IMG/VR virus record: IMGVR_UViG_3300037863_000166
Coordinates: 1-40,656 of that record
Length of the DNA stretch: 40,656 nt
Direction: 5' to 3' (one strand)
DNA from: a virus
Lineage: Duplodnaviria; Caudoviricetes
Shown: positions 27,901-36,257 of the stretch, one piece after another
Layout of the letters: the number at the start of each line of letters is the position of its first letter
How positions within the stretch are numbered: the stretch's first letter is position 1
Made by a program: the position numbers and the translations under genes
Notes under the pieces: model-generated
Seen by the model: the letters and a program-made list of their open reading frames with translations, nothing else
Database searches by the model: none
Told to the model about the DNA's origin: nothing

Positions 27901-30900
27901 AAGCTCGACGACTTTGGCAGCGAGAGTGATCCGCAACACGTCATCATCGAGAACACCGCGCCGGCCAAGCCGACCCTGCTGGTCGAGCCTGTGGTCGGAG
28001 GCTTCAACGTCACGATCTCGGTCACCACCGAGCGCGATGTGGTCGCCGCACTGGTGGACGTGGATGGTGAGCTGATCGATGGGAACCAGACCTCCTTCTT
28101 CATCCCGGCGGCGGGACAGACAGAGCGGACCCTGAAGGCGGCCTACTACGACCGCTTCAGCAAGGTTGGCCTGAACTGGTCGGACCCTATCCTCTCGACA
28201 CCGGCTGTCGTGCCGGTTGGTGAGCTCGACACCACACCTCCCGTCGCTCCGACCAACCCTGCAGCCACAACCATCGTTGGGATTGACGCCGCTGGGAACC
28301 CGACCGCTCGGACAGTCGTCAGCTGGACGGCCAGTGTCTCGACGGACGTGGCCGGCTACCAGATCGAAGTCACCCACGGTGGGCAGACCTTCATCCGACT
28401 GTCAGGTAACACCTTCGATGAGTTCCCGACTATCTTCGGCCGGGTCTACACGATGCGGGTCCGCGCTTATGACCGGGTCAGCAACTTCTCGACTTGGGTC
28501 AACGTCGGCAGCGTCACGCCTGCTCTCGATACCACCCCTCCCGGCCTGCCCCAGAACTTCACCGCCCTGGCCCAGTTGGGTGGCTTCAAGCTTTCGTGGA
28601 CCGCGCCGGCCGATGCTGACCTGCGTTTGATCCGCATCTATGAGAACACCGTCAACAACAGCGGTGACGCAGGCCCCGTGACCGCAATCAATGTGGTCCG
28701 CGGCGAGGCTGGTCAGGTCTTTCTCCCTTACGCCGCCCAGACCACGCGGTTCTTCTGGCTGAAATCCGAAGACACCTCTGGCAACCTGTCGGCCTTCACA
28801 GCCTCCCAGACAGGGACGGTCCCCGACGTCGGGTCTGCGATCGACACGACCCCACCGCCCGTGCCTGCCGGACTTTCATTGACGCCCAGTGTCGTCACAG
28901 ATGCCACCGGAGCGCCGATCAGCCTGATAGTCGCTACGTGGACCAGCGTCGTCGCACCTGATCTGGCTGGCTACGAACTTGAAATCATCGAAAACGGTGG
29001 CAATCCGATCGTTCGCCTTTGCGGCACGAACCGCGATCAGTTCGAAGCCCGGGCTGGTCTTGGGTATGCAGCCCGCGTGCGCTCATACGACGGCTTCGGA
29101 AATCGATCGGCATGGACGTCAACCGTCAGCACGACAGCCACGGGAGACACGACGGCACCGACACCGCCAACAGCTTTCACCGTCGCGCCGGGCCTCACGA
29201 CGTTCGCGTTGCGCTGGGCGGCCCCCACATCGACCAACGTCGCCTTCATCGACATTTACTCAAGCCCGACAAACACAACGGCAGGAGCTACATTAGAGGC
29301 CCGCGTTCCGGCTCGCGCGGCCTTCGCCAATAGCTGGACAAAGGCCGGTGTCGCCTCGAACGTCACCCTGTGGTTTTTCCTCAAGGCCGTTTCCTACGTC
29401 AACGTCGAGTCCGGGTTCACAGCCGGGGTTAGCGGAACGACGGCGCGGGTCGGCGTCACCGACTTTGCCAGCAGCATCCAGCCGGTCGAACTGTTTGCCA
29501 GCAACGCCGCCGCTGGCACACCCACGACAGGGCGAGTCTACCTCAACACGACGGACGGCCTTCTTTACCGGGCCTTCGGTGGCCAGTGGGTGTCTGCCAC
29601 GCCAGCGGGGCAGATCAGCGGAACGCTGGCGGCGGCCCAGATCGCATCCGTCAACGCAGCGGCAGTGACCGGCCAGCTTACGGCGGCCCAGATCGCAGCC
29701 GTGAACGCCACTGCCATTTCCGGTCAACTGACGAATGCCCAGATCGCCAGCATCGCGTCAACGTCGATCACAGGCCAGCTTACGGCGGCCCAGATCGCAG
29801 CCGTGAACGCCACTGCCATCGCAGGTCAGCTTACGGCGGCCCAGATCGCATCCGTCAACGCAGCGGCAGTGGCCGGCCAGCTTACGGCGGCCCAGATCGC
29901 GGCCGTGAACGCCACTGCCATCGCAGGTCAGCTTACGGCGGCCCAGATCGCGGCCGTGAACGCCACTGCCATTTCCGGTCAACTGATGAATGCCCAGATC
30001 GCGGCAATCGACGCGACGAAGCTGACGGGCGCGATTACTTCCACCCAGATAACTGACGGCGCGATCAGTACGCCTAAAATCGCCACAGGGGCCATCACGG
30101 CAGGCACGATAGCTGCAGGTGCCATCACGGCAGGCAAAATCGCCGCCGGTGCCGTAACGGCCACTGAAATCGACGCCGGTGCCATCACGGCAGGTAAGAT
30201 CGCAGCCGGATCTATCGTTGCCGGGGACATTGCGACAGGCGCGATCACGGCGGAGAAGGTAAGCGCCGGTGCCATCACGGCAGGCAAGATCGCCGCCGGA
30301 TCTATCGTTGCCGGGGACATTGCGACAGGCGCGATCACGGCGGAGAAGGTAAGCGCCGGTGCCATCACGGCAGGTAAGATCGCCGCCGGGTCTATCGCGG
30401 CTGGCGACATTGCGGCCCTGACGATCACCGCTGGTAAAATCGCTACGAACGCGATCGAGTCTGATAAAATCCTGGCCGGGGCCATCACGGTGGGCAAGGT
30501 GGCCGCCGGAGCCATTCGAGCGCAGGAAATCGCGGCCAATGCCATCACGGCCAGCAAGCTGGCCATCACGGACACTTCGAACCTTGTGCCGAACCAGCGG
30601 TTCGAAGTGGGACTCGATGGTACCGACGGTCTCGACGGCGTCTCCCGCAAGCTCACTCCTTCTGGCTCGACGATCAGCGCAGCCGGACCGGAAACATCGT
30701 CATGGCCTAGCCAATACGGCCTTAGGCTTGTGCGCGGCGGCACGGCGGGCGAGCTTTCTTGCGTTCTGGCAGCCCGGTCATTTGACGAGACGAATGCCAA
30801 TGGCATCCCGACGGTTCTGGGTGACGAGTTCCACTTTTCGGGCTGGGCGTTCCAGACGGTAGCAGGGTCGTGGTCTCTCGATCTGGTTTACTTCAACCCG

Positions 30901-33138
30901 CCCCGGACGTTCGCCACCTCCCTGCCAGCCTTCGCTGGAACGAACGTAACGGCCGTCGGCAACACGCTCAGGCTGACGCCGGTGGCTGGAATCGTCGAGT
31001 TCAGCGGCTACTTCAGGAACACGACCGGCCCGGGATTTATCTGGCCACGACTGGCGCACATAGGTTCCGCGAACGGCAGCGAGGCTTACCTCTGGACGCC
31101 GTTGATGCGCCGGAAAAACAATGGCCAGCTTATCGTTGATGGCTCCATCACCGCTGACAAAATCGTCGCGGGGTCCATCACGACGGACAGGCTTTCGACG
31201 ACCGGGGCTCTGCCGTCCGGGCTGACGGTAGGGCCCGGCGGGGCCACTCTGGGCACCATTCAGACATGGGCCGACAACCCGCTGGTCCGGGCCGCCGCAA
31301 ACACGACACTTCTTGGCGCTGGCTTCATCCGCCTGACAGGCGCTGGGGCCACTCTGGCATCGTGGCAGTCTGGTCCGGACGCCACCACGATCGCGGGCGG
31401 GGCCATTGCTGCGAACACGATCGACGCCAACCGGCTGACGATCGGAAACCGTGGTGTCACCTTCGATCGGTTCTTTTTCACTACGAACGGCAACACCTTG
31501 TCATGGACGAATGGCCGTGTGGCCTATGTCAATGACAGCGGCACGGCAATCGCCTTCGACGTCGCCGGTGGGGCTCATATTTTTGCCTCAACGATTCTCG
31601 GATTTACCAGCGACGTCAACTACTTGTACTGGGCGAAGGGCGCGACGTCGCTTCAAGTGACGTCAAACGTCGCTGTGGCGCGGAACGCCGATAACATCAT
31701 CGTCTGCAGCTACTACGGAGGCAACCTTTTCACGCCCACGTTTGGCCGAACCGTCATCGACGGGGACAGCATCAAGACCGGGTCTATCGTGGCCGGAAAC
31801 ATCGCCGCCGGGGCAATCACGGCCGTGAAGATTTCTGCCAACGCCATCGACGCCACCAAGATTGTCGCGGGATCGATCACCGGAGACCGGATACAGGCCG
31901 GGACGATCACCGGAGACCGGATTGCCGTAAACTCCATCACGACGCAGCAGCTTAAAGTCGGATCGTTCGACAACCTGATTCAGAACGGGGACTTTTCGCA
32001 AGGCTTCACAAGCTGGACCCGCCAAATCACATCCGGCGTGGGCGCGATCAGCATCGTGCAATCGACCGGCTGGCCAAACCGTAGCGCCGTGGTGCTGAAC
32101 CGCTTCGGCGGAAACGGCCCCGAACTGACGATTTCGTCGGGGAACAACGGCTCTTTCGACGGGCCGGACGGCCAGACAGATGGCTTCCCGTGGTCTCTGA
32201 ACGAGGAAGTTTACGTCGAGGCCGTCATCTTCAACCAGGCGGCATTTGCCGGGCAGATTCAGATGCTGGTCGCGGACGCGAATGGCGGCGTTTTCGGCGC
32301 TGCGTTGACGCTGGTTTCAGAAGGGTCAAACGTCTCAGGAAACCTGTGTACCAGCGTCGCGAATAACTTCCAGCAAGTCAGGGGCACGTTCAAAAACACG
32401 TCGGGCGCTGGTCGAGGCTACATGCGTCTGGGCGGAAACGCTGCCGGTCTTTCGTACTTCTGGAACGTCAAGGCGATCAAAAAAGCCACTGGTGAAATGA
32501 TCGTGAACGGCTCGATCAAGGCCGAACAGATCACCGTTTCCAGCATTGCCGCGATCAACGCCAACCTCGGCGATATCGTTGCCGGTGGCATTCGAAACGC
32601 GGCAAACACCTTCAACATCAATCTGGATAACGGCCAAGAGTTTTTATCCGTAGGCGGCGGCGGGGTCGCCTATCGCGGTCTCAACATCGGAGGCGGCACC
32701 GAAGCCCTGTATCTGTGGATCGGGCCAGACTCGATCCCCCGGGGCTCCGCCACGAAGGCCAACGCCTGGGTCTACGTGTCAAATAACACGACAAATGGCG
32801 GGCGCTTCGGGGGCTCCGAAGTCGGCACCCCGGGCGGCTTCAACGTCAGCCAGAGCAACCTTAGCCGTGTAGGGTTCCGCACGGGGGCAGGCTCTGTTAC
32901 ATCAAACACCGTGACGTTGACAGCGACCGGGAATACCGGGGGCATGACCTACGAATGGATAAGGATCAGCGGCGACGAGATCAACCCGACGGCGTCGTCA
33001 AGCGCCACGACGGCATTCATCGGCACGGTACCCAACGGCGAGGCCCGGTACGCTAACTTTAGCTGGCGGGCCCTCGACAATGGGTCCGGGAAGTCGTCGA
33101 CTGGCGTCGTCCAAGTCTCTCTGATAAGCAACGCATAA
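24901..33138 (+). CDS. central tail fibre / tip attachment protein (gpJ-like) with FN3 domains and repeats
   Basis: KGRIIAVPSNYDPITRTYAGVWDG..WTDNGAW, RYGL, four DTT(P/A)P-initiated FN3 repeats, repeat-rich distal region. Confidence 0.92.
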   Translation: MALSDIPFLRGLKGGNYKNTPDTIRSEDTVEVILGAGEGNNFGLAEGAKSMRVGGTTMVSASGEPNFTDFELREYTGVANPSPVTPVLGGFGSPTQANASSLAQNVPIIRTGQLTNIDYIDMRFLIQALLRTDKKGTYADTLQIRIETRPSLPADQTWSLAWTTVPPVPLNPDEDRGTGPNGDLNVTRGGGTADQNDLTMLASVVTFEGDKTLLRNEVSPGPPIGGGVTNIWVNPANQRPYTYVNGSWTLVPATDNGTFWSSGTTRYYKNSPSPPPNPNVGDVWSPVDQPPLRYNGSSWVQSLIQSVANRAYSQPFQAGAAGVLSVTQKISSLVVREVRVPVARIAVPYDIRVTKTSRESSNVEGDNTNTSEVGWESFEEILAEGRTFPNTHILQLIARASDQFTSLPELEGDIKGRIIAVPSNYDPITRTYAGVWDGLFKNEWTDNGAWCTRDFIKNERYGLSSLYPYDVNEANFYAWAQWCDEPVPNGSGGSRPRWTYNDVLDQPRPAREQVNYMAGSCGGRLIDDGDGVYDVLIDKPEPISMIFGPESVIDGDFVYSFTDIQTRANWIKFGFINPQMEWGTDFRVVKDDDHIAEFGRIPFEFVATGKTNLSEGLASARLRLITNLTEYTACTFKTNRVGRFLFPFQTIGLCDPDMGWGVSGRLVEVTGAKQIRLRDAVFLEAGVLYKMSLNRATSPISTVTMTLVPGQTGSRKVIDFVENLPADLPEFAQFSLESYNAATSEPIALPKAFKILTITPSDGDSEAVEITCLELNRFKQAFVEGSGELLPADEFSSFNGPVAEVANARMFPHVTLVGGITSRSLIIEWDRPTNPFARNTLIEYSRDGAEFVEVARSSTEFYELQDLASGVHAVRLAHIHNDGIRQSRKTLLVHEVTSDYRTVPPVANLRLVDEPAPPEFESISPMVRWEHGEPDPNFAAYKVKVSRLIGGQAFNPATATWSKQLEKTVPIPEFIFEFDENAEFVGIAGVPQRVVRISVSKLDDFGSESDPQHVIIENTAPAKPTLLVEPVVGGFNVTISVTTERDVVAALVDVDGELIDGNQTSFFIPAAGQTERTLKAAYYDRFSKVGLNWSDPILSTPAVVPVGELDTTPPVAPTNPAATTIVGIDAAGNPTARTVVSWTASVSTDVAGYQIEVTHGGQTFIRLSGNTFDEFPTIFGRVYTMRVRAYDRVSNFSTWVNVGSVTPALDTTPPGLPQNFTALAQLGGFKLSWTAPADADLRLIRIYENTVNNSGDAGPVTAINVVRGEAGQVFLPYAAQTTRFFWLKSEDTSGNLSAFTASQTGTVPDVGSAIDTTPPPVPAGLSLTPSVVTDATGAPISLIVATWTSVVAPDLAGYELEIIENGGNPIVRLCGTNRDQFEARAGLGYAARVRSYDGFGNRSAWTSTVSTTATGDTTAPTPPTAFTVAPGLTTFALRWAAPTSTNVAFIDIYSSPTNTTAGATLEARVPARAAFANSWTKAGVASNVTLWFFLKAVSYVNVESGFTAGVSGTTARVGVTDFASSIQPVELFASNAAAGTPTTGRVYLNTTDGLLYRAFGGQWVSATPAGQISGTLAAAQIASVNAAAVTGQLTAAQIAAVNATAISGQLTNAQIASIASTSITGQLTAAQIAAVNATAIAGQLTAAQIASVNAAAVAGQLTAAQIAAVNATAIAGQLTAAQIAAVNATAISGQLMNAQIAAIDATKLTGAITSTQITDGAISTPKIATGAITAGTIAAGAITAGKIAAGAVTATEIDAGAITAGKIAAGSIVAGDIATGAITAEKVSAGAITAGKIAAGSIVAGDIATGAITAEKVSAGAITAGKIAAGSIAAGDIAALTITAGKIATNAIESDKILAGAITVGKVAAGAIRAQEIAANAITASKLAITDTSNLVPNQRFEVGLDGTDGLDGVSRKLTPSGSTISAAGPETSSWPSQYGLRLVRGGTAGELSCVLAARSFDETNANGIPTVLGDEFHFSGWAFQTVAGSWSLDLVYFNPPRTFATSLPAFAGTNVTAVGNTLRLTPVAGIVEFSGYFRNTTGPGFIWPRLAHIGSANGSEAYLWTPLMRRKNNGQLIVDGSITADKIVAGSITTDRLSTTGALPSGLTVGPGGATLGTIQTWADNPLVRAAANTTLLGAGFIRLTGAGATLASWQSGPDATTIAGGAIAANTIDANRLTIGNRGVTFDRFFFTTNGNTLSWTNGRVAYVNDSGTAIAFDVAGGAHIFASTILGFTSDVNYLYWAKGATSLQVTSNVAVARNADNIIVCSYYGGNLFTPTFGRTVIDGDSIKTGSIVAGNIAAGAITAVKISANAIDATKIVAGSITGDRIQAGTITGDRIAVNSITTQQLKVGSFDNLIQNGDFSQGFTSWTRQITSGVGAISIVQSTGWPNRSAVVLNRFGGNGPELTISSGNNGSFDGPDGQTDGFPWSLNEEVYVEAVIFNQAAFAGQIQMLVADANGGVFGAALTLVSEGSNVSGNLCTSVANNFQQVRGTFKNTSGAGRGYMRLGGNAAGLSYFWNVKAIKKATGEMIVNGSIKAEQITVSSIAAINANLGDIVAGGIRNAANTFNINLDNGQEFLSVGGGGVAYRGLNIGGGTEALYLWIGPDSIPRGSATKANAWVYVSNNTTNGGRFGGSEVGTPGGFNVSQSNLSRVGFRTGAGSVTSNTVTLTATGNTGGMTYEWIRISGDEINPTASSSATTAFIGTVPNGEARYANFSWRALDNGSGKSSTGVVQVSLISNA
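29620..30027 (+). repeat. 8 x 51-nt tandem repeat (GQLTAAQIAAVNATAIS)
   Basis: Counted directly in the DNA and the translation. Confidence 0.9.
30028..30567 (+). repeat. 18 x 30-nt tandem repeat (GAITAGKIAA) with a 90-nt higher-order duplication
   Basis: Counted in the translation. 30178-30267 and 30268-30357 are nearly identical. Confidence 0.88.
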
Positions 33139-33329
33139 TGACCAGCTACACCGTCACCGTCGTCGATATCGAAGGCCTCAACAGCGAGACGTTGGACGCC
33201 TCGCTTGAACTGGCACAGCTTGTCTTTGACGAAGCGACCAAACTGGCCGACACTTCGTTCGCTCAAATCTCCGCCACGACTGGCGACGACATTGAAGTCG
33301 TCACCCGTTACCACAAAGAAGGACCGTAA
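33138..33329 (+). CDS. small acidic hypothetical protein
   Basis: TAATG overlap with the gpJ stop. Confidence 0.6.
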   Translation: MTSYTVTVVDIEGLNSETLDASLELAQLVFDEATKLADTSFAQISATTGDDIEVVTRYHKEGP

Positions 33330-33331
33330 AA

Positions 33332-33472
33332 ATGGAACCCGTCTATTTGCTTCTGATCATCGCGGCTGTTGCCGTCATCGTTTTGTTCGTTTCCATGCGG
33401 AAGCGCGACAAGGGTGATGGCACTGGCGGCAACAGCGGTGGCGACACCCGCCCCGGTGCGGACAAGAAATAA
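33332..33472 (+). CDS. 46-aa single-TM membrane protein (not in ORF track)
   Basis: MEPVYLLLIIAAVAVIVLFVSMRKRDKGDGTGGNSGGDTRPGADKK. AAGGA RBS. Fills the gap exactly. Confidence 0.7.
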   Translation: MEPVYLLLIIAAVAVIVLFVSMRKRDKGDGTGGNSGGDTRPGADKK

Positions 33473-33488
33473 CAAGGAAAACAGAGAT

Positions 33489-33827
33489 ATGGCCAAACCC
33501 CCCCTTACCCTTAAGCTGGAACGAGAAGCGGAAATCCAGCGGCTCACCCTCGAAAATGAAGCCGCCGAAATCCCGGCCCTGAACGCGATTCAGGGAGCCG
33601 TGACGACTGCGGCGTTCATGGAATCTCTCGCAATCCTCGACACGTCGGTCCCGCTGTTGAGCGGAAACCGAAGGGCTCAGTTCGAAACCATTCTCGGAAA
33701 CCTTCGGGTGGCTGGGCAAGTCGCAGAACAGGAAGCCGCAAACATCGTCCGGTCTCACGAAAATATTGCCAATGCCAAGGCATCTGCCGAACGCATGGCG
33801 GCCGGGTTCCCGTTAAGTGAGAACTAA
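33489..33827 (+). CDS. hypothetical helical protein (MAKPPLTLKLE...)
   Basis: ATG 33489 with purine-rich upstream sequence. Confidence 0.65.
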   Translation: MAKPPLTLKLEREAEIQRLTLENEAAEIPALNAIQGAVTTAAFMESLAILDTSVPLLSGNRRAQFETILGNLRVAGQVAEQEAANIVRSHENIANAKASAERMAAGFPLSEN

Positions 33828-33990
33828 AACCCTCACCGCCTACGGCACTGAGGAAGACGTTCAGAAGCTGGCTGTTCTGTCGGAGCAAGACCGACGATCA
33901 GCCAGCAGCTGGCTCATCCACCAGATCCGCGAAGAGTATGAGCGACAGTTTGGTGCGACGCCTCCCCAGGCTCTGCGTAAACCTGCGTAA
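33817..33990 (+). CDS. 57-aa putative ribbon-helix-helix protein (not in ORF track)
   Basis: MRTKTLTAYGTEEDVQKLAVLSEQDRRSASSWLIHQIREEYERQFG...; strand-helix-RS.S-helix pattern. GTG start. Confidence 0.55.
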   Translation: MRTKTLTAYGTEEDVQKLAVLSEQDRRSASSWLIHQIREEYERQFGATPPQALRKPA

Positions 33991-34024
33991 TAGGTTCCTA
34001 CCCCTTGCGGTGCATTAAGAGACC

Positions 34025-34285
34025 ATGAACTCGACCCCTCCAATCATGCCCGGCAAGACCGTCCTCGACTACGTCCCGACGTGGTTGCCGGTGCTCATTG
34101 CGATCCTGGCTCTGCTGGCCTTCGGCGTTCGCGCCGATGCCAACATCACAGAGATCCAGGAGAAGGTCGTGATCTACGATAAGATGATTATCGACAGTAC
34201 CGACCGTATGGCTCGGGTCGAAACCAAACTGGGGGGCATCGAGGCAGGCCAGTCCAGGATCGAGGCTAAAATTGACTCCCTCTGA
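34025..34285 (+). CDS. TM + coiled-coil protein, lysis cassette (holin/antiholin-like)
   Basis: One TM segment followed by RMARVETKLGGIE. First gene of the lysis module. Confidence 0.6.
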   Translation: MNSTPPIMPGKTVLDYVPTWLPVLIAILALLAFGVRADANITEIQEKVVIYDKMIIDSTDRMARVETKLGGIEAGQSRIEAKIDSL

Positions 34286-34655
34286 TGACCTGAAAGACGA
34301 CAAGCACGAACGGATGATGGCCTTCTGGCTGGCGATGGGCACGATGGTCCTCGCCACCGCGATCGTATTGGTCCTGTCCTTCCGCCGGATCCCTGGTGAG
34401 AACGAGATCCTGCTCGGCACGGTCGTCGGCTTCGTGTTCGGCAACATGGTCGGGCCCGTCTATCGCAAGGTCTTCGGCGGCATGGACCCCGAGGCCCGCA
34501 AGAGCCAAATCGCTCAGAACCAGAACCTCAAGCAGGCGATGCAGACCATCGCGGCCTCACCCCCGGTCGTAGGGCCGGGGCCTATCGAGGTCCTTGTGAC
34601 GAACCCCACGTCGGACCCAGTTCCCGTCGCTTCCAAGGAAGAGGCCATTTACTGA
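34272..34655 (+). CDS. putative holin
   Basis: Two TM segments, directly before the endolysin. Confidence 0.6.
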   Translation: MTPSDDLKDDKHERMMAFWLAMGTMVLATAIVLVLSFRRIPGENEILLGTVVGFVFGNMVGPVYRKVFGGMDPEARKSQIAQNQNLKQAMQTIAASPPVVGPGPIEVLVTNPTSDPVPVASKEEAIY

Positions 34656-35434
34656 TGACCCGGGTCGAGGTTTTCACCTTTCTGAGGGCAGCGACGCCCA
34701 ATCGCAAGTTCACCCTCACCCAGGTGACCTCGATCGATGCGACCTGTGACGCGCTGGGTATTCCCGATAACGACGAGTCGCTCTCGGACACCCTACCGGT
34801 CCTCGAGCTGACGGCCCAGGACTTCGCCGATGCGGCCAAGCAGCTGGGCTGCTCGGTGGCCCAGATCCGTGGCGTCTTCGAGGTCGAGGCCTCCGGCAAC
34901 GGCTGGTTCAACGATGTGCGTGGCGAGATCCTCGCGGCCGATGGCCCGGGTGGCTTCATCGACGGCAAGGATCTGCCCAAGATCCTGTTCGAGGCGCACA
35001 TCTTCCACCGCGAGACCAGCGGGCGCTTCCGCGCAGATCACCCAAATCTGTCCTCGCCCAGCTGGAACCGCGCCCTCTACGTCGGCGGTCAGGGCGAGTA
35101 CGCCCGACTGGCCAAGGCCATGACGCTGGACCGGACGGCAGCTCTGCGTTCGGCATCGTGGGGTGCCGCCCAGATCATGGGCTTCAACCACAAGCTGGCC
35201 GGGTTCGATACGGTCGACGCCTTCGTCAATGCCATGAAGACCGGGTCGCGGGCCCACCTGATGGCCTTCGTCAACTTCGTGCAGAACTCCGGCCTGGCCC
35301 CGGCCCTGCGCAAGATCACTGGCGTCCACGACAGTGCCCGAGATTTTGCCCGGGGCTACAACGGCAAGGCCTATGAAGTGAACCAGTACCATGTGAAGAT
35401 CGCGCGAGCGGTCTCGAAGTGGAGCAAGAAGTGA
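34655..35434 (+). CDS. endolysin, N-acetylmuramidase (DUF3380-type)
   Basis: EVEASG, PKILFEAHIF, SASWGAAQIMGFNH, FARGYNG..Y..NQYH. Confidence 0.92.
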   Translation: MTRVEVFTFLRAATPNRKFTLTQVTSIDATCDALGIPDNDESLSDTLPVLELTAQDFADAAKQLGCSVAQIRGVFEVEASGNGWFNDVRGEILAADGPGGFIDGKDLPKILFEAHIFHRETSGRFRADHPNLSSPSWNRALYVGGQGEYARLAKAMTLDRTAALRSASWGAAQIMGFNHKLAGFDTVDAFVNAMKTGSRAHLMAFVNFVQNSGLAPALRKITGVHDSARDFARGYNGKAYEVNQYHVKIARAVSKWSKK

Positions 35435-35820
35435 ACCTCACCATGATCCTCGGCGGCTCGACCGCCCTCCTGCTGGCCACGACGATTGGCCTCGGTGGAA
35501 GTCTGCTCGTGACCAAGAACGATCTCAGACAAGCCCAGAAGGAGGCCGACCGTGTACCTACTCTCGTGCGTGATCTCGATACTTGCCAGAACAATGGCCT
35601 CGCCCTTTCCAGCTCTCTGTCCACCCAGACAGCCGCCGTGGCGCAGCTCCAGGCCGACAAGACAAGGATCGATGCACAGGGACGCGAGCGGCTGGCAGCC
35701 GAGAGGGCGCGCACGGCGGCTTCCGAGAAGCGTCGTCAAAGTCTTCTCCAGGCGCAAGCCCGGCCCGGCGAAAGCGATTGTGATGCAGCCTTCCGCATCC
35801 ACCAGGAGAACCTGCGATGA
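35431..35820 (+). CDS. inner-membrane spanin (Rz-like)
   Basis: N-terminal TM, coiled coil, C-terminal Cys. Follows the endolysin with a GTGA overlap. Confidence 0.75.
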   Translation: MNLTMILGGSTALLLATTIGLGGSLLVTKNDLRQAQKEADRVPTLVRDLDTCQNNGLALSSSLSTQTAAVAQLQADKTRIDAQGRERLAAERARTAASEKRRQSLLQAQARPGESDCDAAFRIHQENLR

Positions 35821-36095
35821 AACGTCTGATCCTGATCCCGATCATGTTCCTGGCAGCATGCACCCCTACACCGCCGCCTGAGCCCATCGTCCGCACCATC
35901 GAGGTGAAGGTCCCGGTCTCAGTCTACTGCGACGAGGATCCTCAGCCTCCGGTGTTCGCCAACAACAACGACGCGCTGGCTGCAGCGCCTAATGTTCTGG
36001 AAGTGATCAAGCTGCACATCGCCGGCACGGGTCAGCGGATCGACTTCCAAAGGGAACAGGCAGCCGCGCTGGCTGTCTGTCGCGGAGAACCCTGA
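35817..36095 (+). CDS. outer-membrane spanin lipoprotein (Rz1-like)
   Basis: Signal peptide with lipobox LAAC, Pro-rich, EVKVPV..YC. Confidence 0.82.
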   Translation: MKRLILIPIMFLAACTPTPPPEPIVRTIEVKVPVSVYCDEDPQPPVFANNNDALAAAPNVLEVIKLHIAGTGQRIDFQREQAAALAVCRGEP

Positions 36096-36206
36096 CATGA
36101 GACAGTGTGAACAGCTTCGACGAAGATCCTGGCCACCCTCACACTGTCCCTAGAAGCTGAAGCTTTCTCAAAGGCCCGACCGACCCGAAACCCAAGACCA
36201 GCTGGT

Positions 36207-36228
36207 GCGTAACACTTCCTCGTTGACC
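36207..36228 (+). promoter_or_regulatory. putative late promoter GCGTAA-N10-TTGACC
   Basis: Same spacing as at 209, 3981, 8231 and 14620. Upstream of the second fibre cassette. Confidence 0.5.
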
Positions 36229-36257
36229 GCCCCAGCTGGCCTTGTCATGCCGGTAGG

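Noticed and set aside
29620-30567. CRISPR array or DGR template/variable repeat
   Set aside because: Repeats are contiguous, in-frame and coding, with no spacers. No adenine-specific mismatch pattern and no reverse transcriptase in the window.
33369-33488. N-terminal extension of ORF 33369-33827
   Set aside because: The region is better explained by the 46-aa membrane ORF; ATG 33489 is the likelier start.
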